From Spongospora subterranea f. sp. subterranea (taxonomy: Eukaryota): 43,598 nucleotides of DNA. The notes under the pieces were generated by a model that saw nothing but the letters and a program-made list of their open reading frames with translations, had not been told where the DNA came from and made no database searches. Positions 1 to 10,613 of this stretch are shown here, in pieces. The translations under genes were made by a program, and so were the position numbers. Within the stretch, counting starts at the first letter, position 1, and each line of letters begins with the position of its first letter. Where the stretch lies: assembly GCA_049724395.1 (NCBI GenBank), contig JAUGWO010000128.1, positions 372,001-415,598 on the forward strand, read 5' to 3'.

Positions 1-3000
1 TTTCATTGATCAGGCGCTGTATAATCTGAGAAGCTACCCTGGCAAAATAGCTAGATTCTTGACACCGGCAATTCCCAACAGGAACATTGTTTACTTCTTG
101 CAAACCTGAGTTAGATTCTCCCATGAGCTCTTCTTCAGGGCAATCAGATGTGACCTGCCCCGACAACTGAGATGTTTCTTCTTGAAGCCGGCATATGAGA
201 TCAACCCAGCCCTCATAATCGGAACTATCTTCTGCCCGAAGAACAACCGAAACTTCTTTATCGTAAATGACAACCGGACCTTCTAGGCTGAGATTGGACT
301 CCACTTTGATTACCAACATATCAGGTAGTTTTTTGATTCGTGAGGTACCAAAGCAAACAGCACAGGAGATGTCATCATCAAATTGAGAACTTGACATGGC
401 TAGTGTATCTGATGATACACAAACCCAGCGCTTTCGCCAGCGTTCTTTATCATCATCGATAATGGCAAGTTGGTCCAGCACATACAGATATCCTGATTTG
501 AGGATCGCGGATTCAGACAAGAGTGGGCGTAATACACCACTGTCGCTGAAATGATCCTCTGTGGTGACGAAAGAATTTCCTTGAAAGAGCCAACGGATCA
601 AATGATCTTTTACACCATAAGGAAGCGATATTCCATCAAGTTCGATAGCCGGTCTCCAAGATGATCGTTGTTGCCCAACTTCGCTGATTGAAGAGTTCAT
701 CGACATGGAAGGCTCAATTTCGACACTCTGACCTCGGCCGTTCAGCTTCAAAGACAGTAATGAGCGACGTATGCTGCCAGTATTAGAATGTGTCGTCTTG
801 AGGCGTCTAGAAAGATACATTACAGAACTGGCGAAACTGGAGCGAAATGTTTTGGACGGTGGTTGAGCGCTTGAGCTGAATCCATTATGAGCATCACCAG
901 TTATGGATGACTGCGAAATCGCTCTGAGAGCTGGTAGACTCGCCATGTTTGTGTCACTAATCGAATCGGGCAAGTTGATACTTGGAACATCCCCAAAACC
1001 GCTGTTGGATACGATCCCATTGGTGAAATCAGGCGTCCATAAGTCTCGATTTTCGCGTTGCATTTCAGAAGAAATAGATGCTTGGACAGCGTGCCGTTCA
1101 CGAACCGATAGTTGCTTCTCAATTGTCACTGCAATCTTATATGACCAATCACGAGCGTCCTCTAAAGTGGCTGCTGCCATGTAAAAGAGCCTCTTGCTAT
1201 AATTAGCTGTACCTTTCTTCATCCAATATTGTGCTTGGATTTGAATTGTAAAGTCTCGCCCAAATGACGAACCCGGAAGCATCGACACGCTAGAGTTGTC
1301 GAGAAATATTACACCGAGGACACGTGGATGAGTCGGATGATAATAAAGAGATATGCTGTTTTCATGCAACACCACCCAGCGATGCTTCCACGTCCCCATT
1401 CTCATGCGCATTGTAGAACTAACATTAGACGGGTCCAAAGCTTTGCGAACATGTAAGAACCCTGAGAATTTGACCGACCCCTGTACTTGCAAATCTGTTG
1501 AACTTCGTAAACAGAGTATTTTTGGTCTTTGCTTCGCTGATTCTTGTCAGCAGCAGCTGCTTTTGGCTGACGATTAGTCTAGAAAGAGCGACATCCCTCA
1601 TGAACCCGTCAACAAATCTATATACGTTGCTGTTCTGAAGTCCATTTTCGGTTGCGGCGAAAACGTTCAAACTGCACATATCCGACACAACGCTATGTAA
1701 TTGAGGGATATGCTCTGCAATGGGATATGCTTTCAACAGTAGGTCCATCTGAAATTCGGCACCAATCACGCTTGCGACTTTAAGAGCTATTTCATGAATG
1801 TGGCCGAGTCTATCGATTCGGCAGCCAAGAATATTTTGCAAACAAATTGGAACCGGGACAACAGAGAGGTCAGTAAACTTGTCAGAAAGTGTACAAATTT
1901 TTCCACCTTTTTCAGTGCGAATCTGAATTAATTCATTCTTACGAAGAGAGTAGATGAATTCCTTGCAAACAAGAGGATTTCCATGGGATCGTTGAAGAAT
2001 TATGACTGCCAGCGTGTTGGGCAATTTCGTTACACCAAGCGTTTCAATACCAATGTTGTAGATCTCTTCATTGGTTAAAGCTCGTAGAGTGCATTTTTTT
2101 GTTGTATCCTGTTTGAGCAAATCAGTGTAATCTGCAGGAACTTCGAGATCAAAAGCACCAAGATTGCTTTTGTTCATTGGCCTTGTCCCAAGCACAATGA
2201 GGACATTTTCAATGCCAGAACTGACACGGAAAGTGAACCCCCAACTAAGCTTATCCATCAGCAACGCATCATCGATAACAATGATGACCGTTCCAATCTG
2301 CTTGACAAAGATTTGTAGCAATCCTAGCATTATTGCAGTGCTGTTTGAACGACGCTCCAATGACGACATCGAGAGAGTCTCTTCCGTCTCCTCGAACTCC
2401 AACGGTAGGAGATCGTTTAGAACGCCAGCATACTTGACATAATCAGGTATAATTGACATTGACTTGAGAGTGAACGCTCTTCTTCTGTGTGCAGGATCAC
2501 CAGAATATTGAAACGCCCGGTTTGCAATTTCAGTGTCAATTAATTGCATGAAAAGCTCTCGCCAAATCCCCAAAGGAAACTTGGACTCAAGTGGATTGCA
2601 CGCCCGAAATAAAACAAATGCAGGGGCTTCTCGAACAACTTGGGCTAAGAGACGGGATTTTCCATAACCCGCTTCCCCTTCAATGATGTACGTAGCGCTG
2701 CCATGACCTCTTGTTACGCTCATCATGGCTTTACAAAGCATTTGTATGATGTCAGCGGCGCACATGTCATCTGCAACGACATGCTCGTCAACGTCAGGCT
2801 TTCTTGCCAGAATAAAATCTAGTTCAGGACTGGAACCGATGCCATTGAGCTTTGGTAAAACCGACAGGGCGATATGTTCATTCTGCATAAGAACATTTGT
2901 ATCAGCTATGTGCACAGTAAATTGATCGATAGAAGAGTTGAGTGGAAGCATATGCTTCTTCTTCAGGTTCTCAAACAAGCGTTCTTTAACCTGGTAAACC

Positions 3001-5301
3001 GATGTCAAGTTGGAGCAATTGACGGTCACATATCCTGTGTCAAGAATTTGAAATCTAGCCATTTTGTAAGGATGGAGAGTCGATGCTGACGAGTTATTGA
3101 TGCCATTCACGTCGGTTTGACGCGATTTCGATTCGTAATGACCCAATGTAGTTCGAGTATTATCTGAACTATAATCCCAAAATGGACCTTCAGGGGAAAG
3201 GTCCTCAGTAGGAGAACTTAATGTCGAATTCGAAATAGACGAGAGCGACGAGTTGATACGTTGTTCGGCGCCAATCGACACTAATGGTCCATTTGTTGAA
3301 GTACGATCCACTTTTCTATACCAAGTTTCCGATTCGTTGAGTTGAGAAAATTTTGGAGAGTTTACAGCGGGTGCATCCTCGTCTTCTTGTAACCAATTCC
3401 GCGCGTGTTCTGCCCATGCTAGGTCTTCTGCCGTTGGGCCTGTACTCCCAGAAATTGTACCCTTGCTGCTGACGACAGCGGGATTCACAGAATTCACAGA
3501 TAATAACTCGCTAAAATCTAAGCTAATCGACAGCGACTGCTTCTGAGGACTGATTGTCGGAACCCAATTGGCGGCATTGATCGCTTTTTCGTAAACTTGG
3601 ATACTGGATGAGACTCTAGGGCAATATGTAGCCCAGAGACTAGATAGACTGAGAGCTTGAGGGATCATTTCTGAGGCCGCCGCCTCTTTAAGGGGCGATT
3701 TGAGTCGTTAAACTGGTACTAAAATTTCCTGCCATTGTCCTCGATAATTCGGCATGAGGGTTGTGAAGGCTGTGCACGAAAGGGAAGGGTTTCGCAGATG
3801 AATTTGTGTCTGCGTTTTTATGATGATTCCAGATGCCGTGGGGCGCGACGCTTGAAGCAATGGGTGAAAACACTTTAACCGCCTCTCTTTTCCCTTTAAC
3901 CATAATGCTTGGTAGCTCTTCAAACGCCATACCATTGCGAGAGGAATACTGTGTCGTCTGATCCACTAAAACGCCACCACCCTTTGTTTTCGCATGTTGC
4001 ATTAGCCTAGCAGACAGGTTGACGACGTCACCTAGCACAGAGTATTCTCTTCTCGAGCGACTTCCTACGACGCCACAAAAAGCAGTGCCAGTGGTGATGC
4101 CAATAGCTGGGACAACGCCGAGTCTATGCAATTGATTGCACATAACTAATGAAGCCAATATAGCACGAGACGAGTCATCCTCATGTGCAACCGGCGGCAG
4201 GCCAAAAACTGCAACTAGAGTTGAGCCTTTATCATCTAGAAGGAACTTATTGACAGATCCTTCGTACTGATAAATTGCCGTTTGAACTGAGAATATAACA
4301 GCTTGTACGCGATCTAGGTCATCTGTTGCTTCTTCACTAGCGATCTTTGCAAGTTGAGCTTCAGTAAAGCCGAGATTAGCGAAAATAACTGCAACATGCC
4401 TGAGTTCAGATGCCCATCGTTCCTCTGTTGCATTAAGGAACGGCAACACGGCGCCTGGGACATAATTCGATATCGACTCAATCAGCTTGACGTCATTGAT
4501 GATATCGAGATTAGCCGTTTTAACGATGCCAACTTTTCTTAACCGATCCGTACAGCGATGAACAAATGCATGTCCAGACGAAATAACTTGGGCGACAAAA
4601 TGGTCTTTAATGATATGCCACGCTTCAGGAGAGCAAACGACCTGGCCAGCTACTGCTTTGTGCTCAGAGGCAAACGCCTGCATCAACGGAGAACCGGTAG
4701 CCAGATATTCCATCCTGGACAGAACTCCTCCAACATGGACAATAGAGCATGTTCCAACTCCTATACCAAGCTTGACACTAAGAACCACGTCCTCCTGAAG
4801 CTTAGCATTATGCATTTTCCTCTGGATCTCTAACGCACTTTGAACTGCTCTCCTGGTCACAGTGCATAGATCATCTTCGCTGGGAGGCCACAAAACCAGC
4901 AGCGCATCACCAGCAAATTTGAATACATCACCACCTTGGCTCGCAATTACTCGAACGAGTTGTTCAAAATAAGAATTTAGATGCTTGGCAAGTTGTTCAG
5001 ACCCTTCACGCCCTTTCATTGCTAAGCGTTCACTTAGATCAGTAAACCCGGATACATCAGCGAATAGAGCGACAGTTTCATAGCTGTGTCGCCATGGGGC
5101 GGTGACTGTTCGGCTTTTGTCGCTGCTGGCATTTTCAGATAAAAATCGAATGATTGACGCCGGGACGTATGAGCAAAGAGCGTCGATAGAGATTTTGGAG
5201 CCGAAAGACTTTTGAGGTTCGGACCCGAGTCTCGTAAGTGTGGTCGACTCATAATTTTCATTGGCGATCACTTCGTCTTGATCGTCTTTAGTTTCATCCA
5301 T
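1..5301 (-). CDS. Soluble adenylyl cyclase (ADCY10/sAC-like): two class III cyclase domains, ubiquitin-like insert, STAND/AAA NTPase, two PH domains; 3' end runs off the window
   Basis: ORF 3688-5301 has C1 motifs LFADVSGFT and FKFAGDALL, and C2 motifs NKFLLDDKG and GDVVNLSARLM. ORF 1425-3668 has the P-loop GEAGYGKS, IVIDD, and GNPL. A third frame is open from ~1546 to base 1 and is missing from the ORF track because it has no stop. It reads VKFSGFLHVRK..WKHRWVWL..FYMAAATLEDARDW and LKSGYLY..RWRKRWVCV..LRAEDSSDYEGWVDLI. The three frames join by +1 shifts near 3692 and 1478. Confidence 0.88.
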
Positions 5302-5394
5302 TGCATATCCAGCCCCAAATCTTTGATATGGTCGCAGAGATCATTGGGGTACACATAGACTAACTGAAAGACCGAAACTCAGATGCACTGCCAT

Positions 5395-6012
5395 TCAACA
5401 GAGAGTGCCAATGTACTTGGCAGAAGGATATTGGAGATGTAATTCAGGCCATTGAACGTAAAATGAAGAAGCAATTGGATAAATTATTCTGCCACTTAAA
5501 GATAGGGTATTGACGCGGCAAAAGCTTTCAATAAATATAATTTTGTTTTTTCGTGCAAGACAGACTCGAAGGATGAAAGCGGACAGGCAGATAGGAACAC
5601 ACGTACCAGGACCATTACATATTATCAATTCAGGATTTAGCAGGTACACCAGCTTAATTGACGAAATTGTTGATTTAAGTGCAGAGAGAAGAGAACTTGG
5701 AAAGGACTGTCCAACTGATCGCGAACGGGGAATAATATGGAAGTTGCACGTAGGAAAATCTTTCAAATTAACACGACTGCGACTGATGTGATCAGACTCT
5801 GCAATTGCAAAATGTAAAGGAGAATATCTCTCCTGCCGAAGAACCCGAAGAACAGAAATAAGCTCGGAAGTGTGTCCCCCAGATCCTAATACAGCCATTG
5901 TGCATACCGCCGTTGACGGAGAAGATCGGCACCTGACAGGATCGTAGTAGATGCAATATATTATTCTGGCAGTAAGGATCACTCCTATTGAAAATAAAGC
6001 AACGAGTATCAT
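5395..6012 (-). CDS. ALG14: UDP-N-acetylglucosamine transferase subunit ALG14
   Basis: N-terminal TM segment, VLGSGGHTSEL, IPRSRSVGQS, CNGPGTCVP, FIESFCRVNTLSLSG, VQWPEL; intronless. Confidence 0.95.
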   Translation of the reverse strand: MILVALFSIGVILTARIIYCIYYDPVRCRSSPSTAVCTMAVLGSGGHTSELISVLRVLRQERYSPLHFAIAESDHISRSRVNLKDFPTCNFHIIPRSRSVGQSFPSSLLSALKSTISSIKLVYLLNPELIICNGPGTCVPICLSAFILRVCLARKNKIIFIESFCRVNTLSLSGRIIYPIASSFYVQWPELHLQYPSAKYIGTLC

Positions 6013-7415
6013 AGAAATTACACGAATCGTCCTGAGAAATTACACGAATCGTGGTGAGATATTACACGAATCGTCCTGAAATTGCACGAAGCGTCCTGAG
6101 AAATTACACGAATCGTGGTGAGAAATTACACGAATCGTCCTGAGAAATTACACGAATCGTGGTGAGAAATTACACGAATCGTCCTGAGAAATTACACGAA
6201 TCGTCCTGAGAAATTACACGAATCGTCCTGAGAAATTACACGAATCGTCCTGAGAAATTACACGAATCGTGGTGAGAAATTGAATCGTGAGAAATTACAC
6301 GAATCGTCCTGAGAAATTACACGAATCGTCCTGAGAAATTACACGAATCGGGGTGAGAAATTACACGAATCGTGGTGAGAAATTCGAATCCGTGGTGAGA
6401 AATTACACGAATCGTCCTGAGAAATTACACGAATCGTCCTGAGAAATTACACGAATCGTCCTGAGAAATTACACGAATCGTCCTGAGAAATTACACGAAT
6501 CGTCCTGAGAAAGTACACGAATCGTGGTGAGAAATTACACGAATCGTCCTGAGAAAGTACACGAATCGTGGTGAGAAAGTACACGAATCGTGGTGAGAAA
6601 TTACACGAATCGTCCTGAGAAATTACACGAATCGTCCTGAGAAATTACACGAATCGTCCTGAGAAATTACACGAATCGTCCTGAGAAATTACACGAATCG
6701 TCCTGAGAAATTACACGAATCGTGGTGAGAAATTACACGAATCGTCCTGAGAAATTACACGAATCGTGGTGAGAAATTACACGAATCGTCCTGAGAAATT
6801 ACACGAATCGTGGTGAGAAATTACACGAATCGTCCTGAGAAATTACACGAATCGTGGTGAGAAATTACACGAATCGTCCTGAGAAATTACACGAATCGTC
6901 CTGAGAAATTACACGAATCGTCCTGAGAAATTACACGAATAGTCCTGAGAAATTACACGAATACACGTCCTGAGAAATTACACGAATCGTCCTGAGAAAT
7001 TACACGAATAGTCCTGAGAATTTAAACGAATCGTCCTGAGAAATTACACGAATCGTCCTGAGAAATTACACGAATCGTCCTGAGAAATTACACGAATCGT
7101 CCTGAGAAAGTACACGAATCGTGTACAGTGAGAAATTACACGAATCGTCACTGAGAAATTACACGAATCGTCCTGAGAAATTACTGTGTCGTCCTGATCG
7201 TCCTGAGAAATTACACGAATCGTGGTGAGAAATTACACGAATCGTCCTGTACACGAATCTGAGAAATTACACTACTGTTTACTGTATATACCAATGTCCT
7301 ACACTTGGACTTGGAGCGCCGAATCGTCCTGAGAAATTACACGAATAGTCCTGAGAAATTACACGAATCGTCCTGAGAAATACACGAATAGTCCTGAGAA
7401 ATTAAATAAACGAAT
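6013..7415. repeat. 22-bp minisatellite, roughly 60 copies, two variants GAGAAATTACACGAATCGTCCT and GAGAAATTACACGAATCGTGGT
   Basis: Directly visible head-to-tail array with no unique spacers. Each unit carries a TGA (+) and a TAA (-), so it is non-coding. It degenerates after ~6950. Confidence 0.98.
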
Positions 7416-7419
7416 CGCA

Positions 7420-8407
7420 CTAAAAACGAGTATAAAGAAGTGTACAGTAGCAGACGTTATCACGAATTTCGTCACCGAACTCTGCCCCGTGTCCCGACCG
7501 AGAACACAGTGCTGTGTGCACACAGTGTACACCTGACTACTGTTTACTGTATATACCACATGTCTCACTTGGACTTGGAGCGCCGATAAAACGTGACAAG
7601 TCGTCATGCATGACCAATTGGACGCGGATTGCGATATGCAGGCTGCAGCAGCGGCGATGGGGGCAAGAGACCTCGAAGCAAAACGATAGAGCTTTCATTA
7701 TATTTTGTGTTTCAATAGACTCCTTGGAAAAGTTGTTGAAACTTCTGCCTTTTACAAGTCGTGCGTGAACTGTGGTACCTCCAGTCGATACCATCAGAGA
7801 CTTCAAAGACATGTCCAGATCAAGAATGTTTTTATAATTATTACAGAAAGGTAGAGTGACATTAAGAGACCTTCAGTGTGGTGGTGCTGCCAAACAACGC
7901 AACAGTCTCATCTTGAGCTCCAATTGGCAAACGAGCAATTGTTACGAATACCGATATCCTCAGTTTGACATGTGATCGCAGTTGACTTTGACACAATCCT
8001 ACTAGGCACGCGAAGGCATCATGTGTGAACGACAGCTGTAAGGCAATTATCCAAGTGTTGCAATAGCCAGAGGAAGCCTACGTACCTTTGCTGTCGGTTT
8101 TATCTCTTCTTTCAAAACTGAATATCGATGCTCATCAACGTCAATTACACTAGAGGGTGACAAACGAAGAAGGGTTTAACAACATTGACAAGCAACAAAA
8201 TTCCTGTTTTGGATGCTTCTCTAGCTTAGGAATTTGACGTCGACGGTCGCGATCTTAGATAAAATTGCAACTTGATGTTTGACTGATAGCATCACAGAAA
8301 ATACGCAATCAGTTAAAGGGCTATGAGGACCCAAAATTCCGACGAATACTGGCATTAGCCCGGACTGAACTTGCCGGTTTATCGGTACAAAATGACAGCC
8401 GCCACAT
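7420..8407 (-). CDS. Hypothetical spliced protein, exon structure uncertain
   Basis: Open segments (e.g. LSFTHDAFACLVGLCQ.., SLMVSTGGTTVHARLV..) are separated by GT..AG intron-like blocks such as AAG|GTACGT..TTACAG near 8036-8085. No recognisable domain. Confidence 0.35.
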
Positions 8408-8567
8408 TCAGTACAAACCACGATTTCGTTATTATGATAAAGAGGTATTCCGTAAATACCTAAACCACAGCTCTTTCCTGTGTCTTCCTTCAAATTTATC
8501 GAATTTTTTTTTTCAGCAAAACTGCGCAGCGCATATTTTGATCAATTGGGAAGTGGGAACTGCATCA

Positions 8568-10521
8568 ATGATAGATCCAGTACAACACACAACGATGGCG
8601 GGTGAGATGAGGGACGATAATAACCTGCAAGTAATAACTCAGGTACATCACTGATTGATAGTTTATTCGGCCAAATCATGATGGTGCTCTGTTTGTGGGC
8701 TGTCAGAACTGCTATCTGCTCGGTATGGCTGATATCACGGTCGTGGAAGGCGATGCTTGCGTGCTGGGATATGAACTTCGTCCGCATCGGACGGTGTCAG
8801 TGTTCTCAGATGGCCAATACGCCATGCCTATCGAAGTTGCCTCCAATGCTCGGCTCCATTGCACAAACATCGGGCTGGCACCCTCCGTTCAAGGGCTGTC
8901 GTATCAACTCGTACGATGCCCACACCCTGATCGTGCAACTCTCACAGCTTAACAAAACTTCCAACAGAGTTCCTTTTCCGATGAAATTCCTTGCCATCTA
9001 ACATCGATTCCGTCTAACTGGTACGATCTGGCCAATGCTATTGGATCTGGTAAGCTTGTTGATGCTCATCAGCGTCCCTCGTATCGTTCCATTTACATCG
9101 AATACGCTCATCCAGGTTCTCGATGTCAAATGAGCACGTTAATTCATGGCCCGATATCTTCAGGAAAATCCACGCTGTCAAGGTTTTTGACCAATCGTCA
9201 CCTCAACAGGTCCAATTTTCTTCACTCCTTCATCTCGGTTCTTTTCTTATTTCATTGGGATAATTTCAGGTATGATACGGTGGCGTATTTGGATTGTGAC
9301 CCCGGTCAACCAGAGTTTACCGCTCCTGGTCATATCTCAATCACCCTGGTTACAACACCATTGCTTGGCCCATCGTATACACATTCCCGCCAACCAGAAT
9401 TGTTCGTGCACCGGGCTCCTTTGCTTTTGTCGCGGTGCTTATTGCTGTTTTGTAGTTCGATTCATATTGGGGACATTACTCCATTATCGAATATTTCTCA
9501 CTATCTTAATGGGATTCGAGAGCTAGCAAGCAGAGCGAACAAGCTGGATTGTCCCCTCATCATCAATACAATGGGCTGGAACGACGGTTCAGGGCTGGAA
9601 ATTCTGTCGGAAATCATCGAGGTTTGCAAACCTTTCAACGTGATTCAAGTTGAGGATGCACTTTCCGCTCCAGAAGCTGCTGGAGTGAAACGTCCCTTTG
9701 AGCTGTTGCCATCGTATAGACCGATTCTCGTTCATAAGGTTGTAGAATAAGCGCAATGTCGACGTAACGGTTCTCAGAAATCTGTGTCTGTAGATATCGA
9801 GCCAATCCCGGAAGAATGTCGCTCAACAATCTGGCAAAGAACGTCGGTCATTGTCTTTTGCCGCCTCGTTGCTAGGCAATGCTGCTTGCAGATATAATAT
9901 TGTGGACCTATCCAAACATGTAATGGGAATGTCAGTTATCCAAGTAAATACGCCGACGTTTATGACGTTGTCTTATCATCCTTGTTTCAGGCCTTGCTAT
10001 CGCATCAGATTCGCCGACATCAGGGTCCGCTTCATTCAGGCCGAGGTTAATCACCGCTGACATCCATGCGATAGTTGTTGCTGTCGTTGAACGTTTTGGT
10101 TCTATAGGATCCCTCATCATATAGCTCAGAATCATTACTGCCTTCATTGAATGCGAGTTTTATCGGTATATGCATTGAAAACGGCGAATGCGACCCGTTT
10201 CCAGGTTGCATCGGTCTGGGAATCGTTCGGGCAATCGATGCTGCGTCTCGATGTTTTTATATTATGACATCAGTCTGTCCACTAATGCTGCAGAACGCCA
10301 CATGTTTTATTCGTGGGTCATTAGAATTTCCCTCTACCCTAATGTTCCAGGTGCGTGTGTTTCTAATACTCAAGTTTGTCGTTAGTCAAACGTTGTGACT
10401 GCAGGATCATGACGCTAATGCTTTTCGCCCACCGTATTTGCGATGTTTACCATTTTCGAACAGCGTTGGGGCGTCAGAGATGAAGAGTCGCAAGAACGTT
10501 CAAAGAAATCGAAACTCATAA
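8568..10521 (+). CDS. NOL9: Polynucleotide 5'-hydroxyl kinase NOL9/Grc3 (Clp1 family), ~10 exons
   Basis: GPISSGKSTLSRFLTN, YLDCDPGQPEF, LIINTMGW, CIGLGIVRAID, and C-terminal PYL..SRKNVQR. Nine GT-AG introns restore the frame. Confidence 0.9.
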
Positions 10522-10613
10522 ACAACATCTACTGTTGATTTGGTATGATTTTATGCTAAGTAGACTGGCTAATTATAATGTCATCGTGGCGCCACCAAAA
10601 CGTCCAGCTGCTG

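Noticed and set aside
1425..1560. Intron explaining the second cyclase junction
   Set aside because: Only awkward GC/GA or very short introns fit. A single extra G in GGGG gives a seamless ASTGSVKFSGFLHVRK.
6013..7415. CRISPR array or interstitial telomere
   Set aside because: Units are contiguous with no unique spacers, there are no cas genes, the context is eukaryotic, and the unit lacks a telomeric G-rich strand.
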